Source of the DNA: an uncultured archaeon
GTDB taxonomy: Archaea; Altiarchaeota; Altiarchaeia; JAFGQM01
Reading direction: 5' to 3'
Assembly: GCA_964619365.1 (NCBI GenBank)
Contig: CAZUDQ010000001.1
Location: forward strand, 18,929-82,928
Length of the DNA: 64,000 nucleotides
This document shows positions 27,593 to 37,800 of this stretch, in pieces (within the stretch, counting starts at the first letter, position 1; each line of letters starts with the position of its first letter). A program made the position numbers and the translations under genes. Below the pieces are notes generated by a model, which made no database searches, had not been told where the DNA came from, and worked only from the letters and a program-made list of their open reading frames with translations.

Positions 27593-29238
27593 TGCTCTGC
27601 AGTCAAGTCCTCGGTTTCGGACTCATCAAGACCGTCTACCAGATTTTCCTGCGAGAAGAACTGTGCCGGGTACTCCTCGCCGTTTATCATTATTGAAACG
27701 TAGCTGTTCTCCGGAGTCAGGAGTGTATCATTGTAATATATCTCCTGAACAAATACTGTAAGCGGATTGCCGGGGGCAGCTGGAGTGTATATCAGAGATG
27801 CCCCCCTGAAATCAAATGCGCTATCGTCAGATTCTGCAAGGATTATGTCTATTGTTCCGTGTTCGCCGGAAATGAGTTTTATGGGGCCTGAATAAGTTGT
27901 TGCGTATCCCGATGGGACGTCTGTGACGCGGGCCTGGAGGTAAATTCCTGCGGGAACTGCTATCTCCTCTGTAAAGCCGCCAGCACCTATTGCAAGTGAG
28001 CCGTCAGGAGAACTTCCTGGTATCTCCTCGACATTTTCGACATCCCAGACAGTCACTTTTGAAGATTCTGTTAGAAGTCCGCCCGCTTTATTGTGAACCA
28101 TTACTTTGAGATATGCGACATTGCCACACACTGCAGGAATATTTATTGTGTTTGTGTTCTCTGAAACTGTTATCGAAGAAGAAAAGCCTGGAGTCGCGCA
28201 GTCTGAAGGCAAGGAGGTCACGCTTGCTCGCACCCTCTTTCCGGCAGGAATGCTAAAGGTTATACAACCCCCATCTGCATTACTAAGGTAAGATGATGCA
28301 AGTTCGCCCCCGCCCACTTCTGACACCGCAACGCGGCCTTGTGTTGCGGGTTTGCCTGAAGCTGTCACACAAACAATTACTGGCGAATCCATAACTGAAC
28401 CTCCGGGGAGACCGCCCACAGGATAGATTTGGACGTCTTTGTACATAACATCGCCAGCTATTACATAAAACGAGTTTTCTGAACCGTCAAAAGTCTCATA
28501 ACCATCTTTGTTTGCAACAAGATAATAGAAGTTGTCCGAAGGTACGCTTAAGGTTGCCATGCCTAAATCAGAATAAGCATCCTCAATAGGTATGTTATCT
28601 GCTTTTCTAACCGCAGTAATAGAAACGCCATCAAGTTGGGCGCCTGAAATAGAATCACTCACGCTGACTATCATGTTTCCGTATGAACCAGAGCCGCTGG
28701 TTATAGTACCCATGTCAAAGCAAGCATCAGGCAAAAGCAGGGCTATTGTAGAGTCGCCGGGGGAAACCTCGCGGGGGCGTGACTGGCGTGCCTTTCCATT
28801 TGGACACTTCAATTCCGCCTTTACGATTTGCGGGTCGAGTCCAGTAAATTCAAACGTCTGCTTACGCCCGATTTCGGATTTGAGCATATTGTCTGAGGCA
28901 TCGTATAATGTCACTTCCAGAAGTCCTGAAACCTGGTCTTGGAGTACGTCTACTGTAACTATAAGGCCGCCGGGAGTGATGTTTATCTCGCACTCGCCAC
29001 AATCAAGCGGACATGTTACGCAGTTCTCATCGGAATCACATATGAAATTGCCGCATTGGTTTTGCGCAGGACCCGAAAAGAGAAGCACCCAGGCTAGCAA
29101 GAGGACTATAAGAATTATTAGTAATGGGAAAAGGACTGCGGGTATGTTATACTTCTCAAAAGCCGCGCCAATAGGTATCCCGCGATCCCAAAGCCAATCA
29201 AGAAGAGACCATGATTTATCTTCAATCGAGTCAAGCAT
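27589..29238 (-). CDS. Membrane-anchored surface protein (549 aa), short paralog of the giant-protein family
   Basis: Shared N-terminal motif + TM, CGNFICDSDENCVTCPLDCGEC and Ig-like repeats. Confidence 0.85.
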   Translation of the reverse strand: MLDSIEDKSWSLLDWLWDRGIPIGAAFEKYNIPAVLFPLLIILIVLLLAWVLLFSGPAQNQCGNFICDSDENCVTCPLDCGECEINITPGGLIVTVDVLQDQVSGLLEVTLYDASDNMLKSEIGRKQTFEFTGLDPQIVKAELKCPNGKARQSRPREVSPGDSTIALLLPDACFDMGTITSGSGSYGNMIVSVSDSISGAQLDGVSITAVRKADNIPIEDAYSDLGMATLSVPSDNFYYLVANKDGYETFDGSENSFYVIAGDVMYKDVQIYPVGGLPGGSVMDSPVIVCVTASGKPATQGRVAVSEVGGGELASSYLSNADGGCITFSIPAGKRVRASVTSLPSDCATPGFSSSITVSENTNTINIPAVCGNVAYLKVMVHNKAGGLLTESSKVTVWDVENVEEIPGSSPDGSLAIGAGGFTEEIAVPAGIYLQARVTDVPSGYATTYSGPIKLISGEHGTIDIILAESDDSAFDFRGASLIYTPAAPGNPLTVFVQEIYYNDTLLTPENSYVSIMINGEEYPAQFFSQENLVDGLDESETEDLTAEQ

Positions 29239-29304
29239 CGTAGTTAAAATAACAATTAATAATTAGGAGTCGTCCAATAAAAACGTGAGAAAACACTTAA
29301 ATAT

Positions 29305-32300
29305 TTATGGTGTGGGGAACCATGGTGGGTCGGGGTAGGTTCCTGCGCCTGCGCCAAAGCCAGTCCAAGTGCAGTACGAGCCAGAACAATCACATACATA
29401 TGATTTTATTGTGGATAAATCTGTTGCTGCACAGTATAATTTGACACCTGATGCATCTTCTAATGGTGTGCATGCCGCAGCTATCTGGCTTGCAGTCTTT
29501 AATGAATACTCGTTAGCACCTATCTTAGAACAAAGTGTATAAGAGCCAATACCTGACTTAAAGAGCATCTCACAGGGCGTGTACTTATTGCATTCACAAA
29601 GGTTTATCAGCTCCTTTGCTGTGGAATTGTAAAGGTAAGCTCCGTTATAATAAGTCACCCTGTCAGTCTGTCCGTTGCAATCATCATCAGTTGAATTAAG
29701 GCACACTTCCATTTGTGAACTTGCAACACAACTCTCCTCGCAATATCCAGACATTGGGTCAATGAGACAAAGATAATCGTTTATATTTATTTCCCCGTCA
29801 CCATTGACATCAACACAATACGGCAAACTTGAGTATGGTGGCCGACCAAAAATCTGCCAGTTGTCAATGATTGAAGCCATTATCTTCTTATCACTGTCTT
29901 CTTCTCCGATACCATTGCCGTTAAGGTCTTTTTCAACACCGCTGCATGCAAGGGGACAATATCCGACTGCTGTGACTGTCCCGTCTGACTGTGATATCGC
30001 TAATGAGAATGAGGGTGCCGCGTTGCATGTATTCGAATTCGTGCAATCTGGGTCGCAGTCTGCACCCATGCAAACTTCGTTTCCACCAGCGATAGTGACA
30101 TCTGCAAACTGGTATCTGACCTGCGTGGTTGCATCCTCTGCTATTGTTGGGAGTATGAAATCTGTTGCATTGCTTAAAGTCTTTGTTTGCCCTGAAGGTG
30201 TGCCGTCAATAAAATATGTCAGGTAATCTGTAGTGTTTTCAAAGAGCCTGTTTAAGCAACGTGATTCTGTTGGATGCGCAGCACAGTAAGTAGAACAGCT
30301 TGCGCCCACGTCTGTAAAGTAACAGTAAGACTTTATTCTGAAAGTGACACCGTATCTGCAATTGGAATAATCTCCGCTTGGCGCGCAGAAGTCCGGGAAG
30401 ACGTTATCCGCACAGGAAAGAAGCTCGTTATAGGAATAAGCGTCCTCATCCTCCTGAAGATATAAAGAATAACAATTCCTTAAGTCGTCTTCTGAGTCGC
30501 ATGAACTTGGGCTTGCCGGGCATGAATCTGGGTCACTTGCCAGACTTGGGTTTACCACATACAAATAGGAGTTTGAGTATATGCTTGAGTTATCCGCAGA
30601 CTGGCAACTGAGTGTGTATTTGCATTCGTTTGAAAATGTAGGAATTTCTCCTGAAAAAAGGCCTGTCGCCCCAGTGTTCTTTGTATATGCCTGGTTGGCC
30701 ACCCCAGAACTGATGTTTATTATGATATTTTCGTTTGGAAGCGCAGTTCCTTCCAATGTGATGCTTGAATTTATTGTAAATGAATCTGAGGTCTGCGCGA
30801 AACGAGTTTCGGGTATGCAACTTATTGTTTCAGAAGTCGAGCAAGACCCTGAAAGCACCTGGCTTGCGCAGTTGTTGACAATTGGAAGCATTGCTGCTGC
30901 AGATTCCGGATATTCTAAAAGGTAGGCATAACAGTTCCTTAAGTCCTCTATTGAACCACACTGTATCCTGCCTCCTGAAATGGGGCAATCCATATAGTTT
31001 ATTCCTGGGGCTTCTGCATTTACGACATACAGATAAAGAGGATTTGATACTATTGAATCATCTTGGATGGATTCGCAGTTTACTGAATACCTGCACTCTG
31101 AGGAGAATGTTGGAATCGACGCATTGACAAGACCAGATTCATCTGTTTGTACTATATAGGTCTCGCTTCTTGAACCGGCATTGACATTAACTGCAATATC
31201 CTGATTTGGAAGTCTCGCTCCTGCAAAGATGAGCCCCGTTGAGACGTTAAAGGTGTTGGGGGAGTTTGGGTCTGGAGAACTCTTTGCTATTGTCTCTTCA
31301 AGCTCGCATATTATATTTGTAGAGCCACCACCGCTTAGTATCTCAATGTATTCATAGGGGTCTGCAGAGATGAAAGTCTTGTACGAGCCATTAACGTATA
31401 TAGAGAACCTTATTGAATAGGAATAATTACCTGCAAAAGGTACTGGGAACTCCACTTTGAATGTTCCGTCTGACTCCTTTGTTAGTGAGGAGTTTGCGAT
31501 AAGTGAGCGTAATTGGCTGTCTTCATAATAGACGAGAATACTGCTCTCATAAACGCTGTCAACGGGTACATAATTTGACCCATTGAAGTAAGTTATGTTA
31601 AAGCCTAATATTTCAGGGCTAAATGGAGTCATGGATACCCTGTCAACTAAGAAGGAGCCTGCGCCACTACTGGATTCATTATATACCAGAATCTTAAAGT
31701 CCTTAGAATCTGTTATATGGTCTGTTTTTGTTGCCCTTATAACAACAGTTTTTTCACCGATGGATGCGGGGGCAGTCATATTACATACCCATGGAAGGCT
31801 CAAGCTTGAGTTATATGTGGCTGTGTGCCATGTTGAAGACGCCCAGCTTCCTGCACACGAAACGCTTAATCCATTAGATGGGTTAAGAGCTGTCGTGCTC
31901 TCATTAGTGTAAACCTTGCTCGCATAAAGAAGTACGTCTCCACCTTCTTCAACTGCTGCCTGCGGTAATCTTGCACCCTGTATTATGAGTTGGGGTGGCG
32001 GGGGTGGCGGGACTTGTAAAGTTATTGTTATTGTCTCATTGTCATCTGGGTCTAATTCAAACATTTTTTTTGCCGTCATATAACCACTGGGAACGTCTGT
32101 TACTTTTATGTAAAGCTTTCTGTTGGCGGGAGCATCCAGGTAGTCTGTATACCCCTCTGAATCATAATACATGTTGCCTATTTTTGAGTCGTTCTGGTCT
32201 AAGAAAAGTTCGATTGTGACATCATCCGTAACCGAAGTGTTATCCACCAATACTCTTGCCCGCACCTCTGCCACAAGATTACATTCTACATGTGCCACTT

Positions 32301-33387
32301 TTGTTACAGTTTGTCCAGCAGGAACCTGAATCGGTCCTACTCTTGGACCTGGCGCACATCCAGAAGGTGCGTCGGTAACACCCACATAATATTGTTTTGA
32401 TGGGTCTGCATTAAACACTCCGCAACGAGTATTAACAGTACCTGACATAAGCTCGCAATCACTTATCCTATGCGTGGATTTTAACTCCCCGTCAATATCA
32501 TATAACCCTATCTCACCACCTGGTGTAATTCCCTCTTCAAGGCCGCTAACACAAGCCTGTATCTTTGTATTTGACTCGTCAACTACTATTGGCTGTGTTG
32601 CCACATTCATTGATATCGAGATTGTCTCAGTACTTCCATCAGTAACATAAATGGCGTTTTCCTCATTTGTATAGTCGGCATAGCCTGAGAGTTGGACTGT
32701 CAAATAATAATATTCGTTTGCAGGAAGGCTTGAGAAGGTCGCGCTTCCGGCGACATACTTGCTGTTTTTGACTGTGCCCCCATTATCGTATACTCTTACT
32801 GTTGCCGAAAGCGGCTCGCCTGTTGCCGAATCCTTAAGTGTTACTGAAATACTGCCCGTAACTTCTTGCTTCTTGCAATAGTCTTCTGGCAACGAAACTG
32901 AAAGGGTTGACTTGTCCGCTGTTTTGATAGTGCTTGACTTGACTGGAGATGATTCACTGTCATCTGAAGAGACTTGCGCATAAACTTCTTCTGCTGAAAC
33001 GTCTTCGAATGTTGCAAACCTTGAAGGGGCGTTTTTCGTGCCAAAACTTGTTCCATCAGCACTCTTCAATGTTATGTCTAAGGACGTACAGGAATAGCCA
33101 CCCTGTACATAAACCCTTATGTCTTTTTCAGTGGTCTTTGTTGTAGGTTCACGACAGGCACCACAGTCCTCCGGGCAAGAAGAACAATTCTCGGGCTCGA
33201 CACAGAGCGCATCGCCACACTCCGTTGCAGGAGCGCTCGAGCCACCCATCATAAGAAGTGCTGCGATGATGGCGATAACTGCTACAATCGCTGCTGGAAA
33301 AACTATCGGGGGAATTCCTTTCTCGTCAAAGAACTCTCCAAGATGCACTTTATCGAGTAAGTCCCACAGGGTGTCGTCAAGGGTCAA
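29305..33387 (-). CDS. Giant surface protein (1360 aa) with Ig-like repeats, internal duplication, dockerin-like and Cys/Asp metal-binding motifs
   Basis: TTG start; shared N-terminal motif; CGDALC..ENCSSCPEDCG; DLNGNG...DVNGDGEININD; EVCLNSTDDDCNGQTD. Confidence 0.85.
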   Translation of the reverse strand: MTLDDTLWDLLDKVHLGEFFDEKGIPPIVFPAAIVAVIAIIAALLMMGGSSAPATECGDALCVEPENCSSCPEDCGACREPTTKTTEKDIRVYVQGGYSCTSLDITLKSADGTSFGTKNAPSRFATFEDVSAEEVYAQVSSDDSESSPVKSSTIKTADKSTLSVSLPEDYCKKQEVTGSISVTLKDSATGEPLSATVRVYDNGGTVKNSKYVAGSATFSSLPANEYYYLTVQLSGYADYTNEENAIYVTDGSTETISISMNVATQPIVVDESNTKIQACVSGLEEGITPGGEIGLYDIDGELKSTHRISDCELMSGTVNTRCGVFNADPSKQYYVGVTDAPSGCAPGPRVGPIQVPAGQTVTKVAHVECNLVAEVRARVLVDNTSVTDDVTIELFLDQNDSKIGNMYYDSEGYTDYLDAPANRKLYIKVTDVPSGYMTAKKMFELDPDDNETITITLQVPPPPPPQLIIQGARLPQAAVEEGGDVLLYASKVYTNESTTALNPSNGLSVSCAGSWASSTWHTATYNSSLSLPWVCNMTAPASIGEKTVVIRATKTDHITDSKDFKILVYNESSSGAGSFLVDRVSMTPFSPEILGFNITYFNGSNYVPVDSVYESSILVYYEDSQLRSLIANSSLTKESDGTFKVEFPVPFAGNYSYSIRFSIYVNGSYKTFISADPYEYIEILSGGGSTNIICELEETIAKSSPDPNSPNTFNVSTGLIFAGARLPNQDIAVNVNAGSRSETYIVQTDESGLVNASIPTFSSECRYSVNCESIQDDSIVSNPLYLYVVNAEAPGINYMDCPISGGRIQCGSIEDLRNCYAYLLEYPESAAAMLPIVNNCASQVLSGSCSTSETISCIPETRFAQTSDSFTINSSITLEGTALPNENIIINISSGVANQAYTKNTGATGLFSGEIPTFSNECKYTLSCQSADNSSIYSNSYLYVVNPSLASDPDSCPASPSSCDSEDDLRNCYSLYLQEDEDAYSYNELLSCADNVFPDFCAPSGDYSNCRYGVTFRIKSYCYFTDVGASCSTYCAAHPTESRCLNRLFENTTDYLTYFIDGTPSGQTKTLSNATDFILPTIAEDATTQVRYQFADVTIAGGNEVCMGADCDPDCTNSNTCNAAPSFSLAISQSDGTVTAVGYCPLACSGVEKDLNGNGIGEEDSDKKIMASIIDNWQIFGRPPYSSLPYCVDVNGDGEININDYLCLIDPMSGYCEESCVASSQMEVCLNSTDDDCNGQTDRVTYYNGAYLYNSTAKELINLCECNKYTPCEMLFKSGIGSYTLCSKIGANEYSLKTASQIAAACTPLEDASGVKLYCAATDLSTIKSYVCDCSGSYCTWTGFGAGAGTYPDPPWFPTP

Positions 33388-33430
33388 TTTAAATGTAGAA
33401 GAATTATCGGGAGATGCTTAAAAAGTTTCT

Positions 33431-34822
33431 TTATGCGCTTTTGTTTCCAATAATCTTCATATCCATCCATAAAAGCCTTCCTTCCAGCCATGTCGTGATA
33501 TTGGAGATTTGCTCGTCAAAAGACATGTTTACTCCTGGGTACCATCTTAAATAGTCGCGCGCCGCAGGTTCTGGTAAGCCCTTTGTCAAATTTGTTATTG
33601 TCGCGTTGATGTTTGATTCTGAAAACGAATCCTGCCTTAAATTTTTCCAGAGGCCAGAGGCCAATTCGCGGTTGTCGTCTTTAAAGAGCTCATCAAACGT
33701 TCCAAAGTGCTCAGCGCCCCATCCTTCTGTTGATACGGGGGGTGCATTAAATGCGCGGTCAAAATCCCATTCCGGACCAAAGTGGAGAGTCCCTTGCGAT
33801 TCTGGGATATACATATATGTACTTGCCCACATGATGTCGGCATTGCGCGCAAGCTCGTTTAAAAGATAATGCTTGGCAAAGCTTTCCATATCAACAAAAT
33901 CCGAAAGATAGTCCTTATCAAACTTTAGGGCAAGAAGCATCTTTTTGAAGAAAGATTCAATCCAATCTTTTTGTTCTTGGTTTAGGTCCTCTTGTTTTGG
34001 ATATTCAAAAAGTATATGGCCATCGTAGCATCCCCAGCTGATATTAAAATATTCTTCTCCGGGCTCGATGTGGTCTAATTTTACCAGCCATCCCCCGCCA
34101 ATGTCAGGATAAGTTGTGGCATTCTTCTGCATCTTTTCAATATCCACTCTGTTTTTATCCCGCTTGATTTTTTCAGCAAACGTATAGACACCCATATAAT
34201 CCTCCGGGGAAAGCTCCGAATCATTTGAGACAAATACTTCGACAAGTTTTGTTCTCATCGCAAGAAGACCTATGTCACCTGCAAGAGCGTAGGCAAGCGC
34301 GTGGCGGATATGGCTTTTGTCATAATCATATGTCGCGACAAGCACCCAGTCAGACTCTTTTGGCATTCCAAAGGGTTCTATGTTCTTATCCTCGCCTTCG
34401 GCGTCCCATGCTTCTATATTATAGGATTTCTTCGGCCAGGAGAGTGCGGTGTTTCCCCTTAGTTTTATTCCGGCAAGTGTAGACAAATCCGGAGTATCCT
34501 CAAGGGAGGACGTCTCGTTTTTAAGATAGTAAAAATCTGCTTGGGACCAGAGTCTTTTAGAGTCGTTATAGGTTTTATTCTCAAGCTTATGGATTACAAT
34601 AATCGGTATTGTAGATGAGAAGTTCAGTTTTGAAGGAATTATTGGTTTTGGGTTGTTTTGAACAACTTGGATATTCTTAAATTCGCTTATATCCTGAGAA
34701 GAAATGCTTGTATTTTGAACTGCTTGCTCTGTTTTTGGAAAAACAAGAAAAATAATTAGAATTAGGATACATATTGTTAAGAAAAGGGGGAGGATTATCC
34801 TTGAATCAAAACTTTTTGGCAT
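33431..34822 (-). CDS. cotH: CotH-family protein kinase, membrane-anchored, catalytic domain probably extracellular
   Basis: GIKLRGNT...KKSY.IE, WVL.A.YD.D, YMGVY, N.D, GPEWDFDRAF; N-terminal TM; NxS/T sequons. Confidence 0.9.
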   Translation of the reverse strand: MPKSFDSRIILPLFLTICILILIIFLVFPKTEQAVQNTSISSQDISEFKNIQVVQNNPKPIIPSKLNFSSTIPIIVIHKLENKTYNDSKRLWSQADFYYLKNETSSLEDTPDLSTLAGIKLRGNTALSWPKKSYNIEAWDAEGEDKNIEPFGMPKESDWVLVATYDYDKSHIRHALAYALAGDIGLLAMRTKLVEVFVSNDSELSPEDYMGVYTFAEKIKRDKNRVDIEKMQKNATTYPDIGGGWLVKLDHIEPGEEYFNISWGCYDGHILFEYPKQEDLNQEQKDWIESFFKKMLLALKFDKDYLSDFVDMESFAKHYLLNELARNADIMWASTYMYIPESQGTLHFGPEWDFDRAFNAPPVSTEGWGAEHFGTFDELFKDDNRELASGLWKNLRQDSFSESNINATITNLTKGLPEPAARDYLRWYPGVNMSFDEQISNITTWLEGRLLWMDMKIIGNKSA

Positions 34823-34848
34823 GGTTTACTTTTGATTAGATTTAATCC

Positions 34849-37800
34849 CTAAAAATCTATTTCTACTGGCGAATATATTCTGGCAAACTCTTCTATGTTG
34901 GGAACGTAATTTTCTATCATATAACTATAAAGCTCTTGTCCGGATGCAATGACCTCTATTAGGTCAAGATCTGTACCCATGAATTCAGAGCCTAACTCAA
35001 ATTTGTAATATCCTTTTGGCCAAAAGACGTATGAAAGTTCTTCTCCCAAATTAGTTTTCATATTTGAGTCGAAAAAAGCCTTCACCCACTCGCCTTGTAA
35101 TATCTCTACATATTTATTGTCATCTTTGGAGAGTTCAGTATAAACCTCTTTTCCTGAACTGTCAACAGCGTTTAGCATGGGCAATTCAATAACTGAAGAA
35201 GGCTCTATATCTGAGAAATCGGCTGCGATATAATCTATGCTAAACCCACCTATTGGCGAGGTTAGTCTCACTCTAAGATTACTTTCTTTTGTTGGGATGG
35301 TAACTGATATTTTCCCGGCATCTCCTGCAAAAGCATAGCCAAAATAATGTTTTCCTGCTAAAATCCATTTGCCGTCTTTTTCATATTCTATCCAGACTTT
35401 TCCATTCCGGTCAATAAATGAATCAAGAGCATTCAATATAGGTAAGGTTAGTATCCCATAAGGTTTTTCTTTTAGAGTTTCTTCTACCCCCCACCACATG
35501 AAGACAAGCATGTCCGTTACAGTGCCTTTAAGTATTAATTTTGCTTCTTTTGCTCCATTTGGGACTTCAAAGTCCACATAGACTGGATCATATATGTTGT
35601 CAGGGTTTTTGGGGGGTGAGAGCTTAAGATCGTACACATACATTTTTCCCTCAGGTTCTGCGACATAATCCAAACAGTCTACGCCGTATTTTGTGATACA
35701 TGACTTTGGTTCCTGTGGAGAAATTATAACAGTATTAGAGCCGTCAATGTCAGGTACAATTTCGCTTCCTTTTGGATGAGAAACTGCGAAAAGGCGCATA
35801 GTGTTTATGTTTGTTGTATCAGGAAGTGCCTGTGCTATTGCAACTGTAAGTATGCCATTTGTTTCCTTTAACGAAGGGAGTCTTGAATAAGAATATATTT
35901 CCAACGAAGGCGACAATGACAATGGGAAGGCTACTGCCTCTAAAATATAGTTTGTTCCATCATAAGAGTATACATATGGACATTCGTCGTCCCCTCCTTC
36001 CGATGGACAGGGGGCATCACCTCCTTGACAATCATTATCCCAGCCATCCTCACATTTTTCACCTGGCAGAGTATTTTCAGGATAAAATTCATACCACTGG
36101 CTTTCTGAACATTTCCAGGTGTTTCCATTACATGAGAACCATTGGCACCCACGGTCTTTTGTGCAGGCTGGCGGGAATTCGGATTTTTTGAACCATTGGT
36201 ACCCACCTTCATCCCAGCTCGCGTCACGACAGATCTCAAAATCGTCGTCTTTTAAATCTTCGGCATAAACGCCCTTTATGTTTCTTAACATTTCACACGG
36301 CGTAGTCTCGGTGCAAGCACATGATGGATCTTCATCATCTAAAAGTCCGTCGCAATTGTTGTCATATCCATCATAGCATACTTCAAGCGTACTGTATGCC
36401 CCTTCCGGTAAGTTTTCATCACAATCAAGGCAGACAAGCCAATCTTCAGAATTTCCCCAAAGATAACTGTTTAGGCATACAAGATCCTGCTCATCTATTA
36501 TACCATCTGAGTTGACGTCCGCACATTCTGCAATCGGTAAATCTGGTGTCAGATATCCATATACAATAAGCGCTATTACTGCATAATCAAGTTCGTCTAT
36601 CTTACCGTCATTATTTATGTCCCCCTTATTCCCACACTGGAGCCTAAAGACGCCCATACATTCAGCCGGGATATTTTCAGAAAGTGATATTTCGCCCCTT
36701 AAGCCATCATCGAAATCCAGTGATTCAAACTTCTTCAGACAGTCAAGATCAATCTGACCTATCGTCCCGTCCCAGTTAAAGTCGATAAGGGCAAGAACCT
36801 CTGTTGTTGGTGTAACTCCACTACGTACGGCAAGAACAGCTTTTTCCATGAGTTCAATATCAATTTCGTCTATTACTTTGTCACGATTAAAGTCGCCAGG
36901 TATCGGGGAATCAAGTTTTATGTCAAAACAAAAACCGCCTTTGAGTTGGCTTGAACAGGTATCTTCCTCCGTCCCCGCATCACCAATCCATTTGCCTGAT
37001 ATTATATTTGCAAGGCACGTAAGGTCGTCGTTATCGATATCATTGTCGTTATCAATGTCTCCGCATGCAAGGTAATTTTGAAGTTCGTCTTCTGAAAGTC
37101 TTGATATTACTTCTGACATTATTGTTTTATCGTTATATGCGCCTGAAGAATCAAGATAACAGTTATTGTTCCAGTCACCCTTCGATGCCAATTCTGAAAG
37201 GCAATGGGCGATTGAGACTTCACCTGCAAGACCCCATCCATCTTCAAAGCAGTTTATTGTCTCGCGCTCTGAGTGCATAAGGTCGTCTTTATGGGATTTC
37301 ACACATTCTCTGACGTCAGAGGGCGAAGCGCAATTTGAAATCTCGCACTTACTTGACCTCTCAAAATCCTCATTTGACACGTATACCTTCTCTTCTCCGA
37401 CTTTTCTCCCGCCGACTTTGAATACTATCGCATATATCCCCTCTTCATCTGACGCGTCAAATGAGGCAGAATATGCGCGCGTGGAATTATCCCAAAACAT
37501 CATCTGACTCTCGCCATTAAATTCGGCAAAGAGGTTTGTTAGGTCTTCGACGTACTCCGACCCCATTTTCAGTTTAGCTGTGACTGAGAAAAGTTCACCG
37601 GGGTCAGGGAACCTCTGGCTGACTGTTGAATCGATTGTGAGTGTCTCGCGTGTTGGCATAGAGCGTATGCCAGCTACTGTAAAGGTGCCTGAATAATATT
37701 TTCCATCCACCACTTTTCCAAGGTCAATTACAAGTGAATGGTCTCCTGTGAAGGGTGAATTAAGGTCAACATAAAAGAAGCCTTCGTCTTCCCCAAGGGG

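Noticed and set aside
37020-37060. Short DNA repeat encoding DIDNDNDIDNDD as a possible CRISPR or VNTR
   Set aside because: It is the coding sequence of a Ca-binding loop; there is no repeat-spacer structure.
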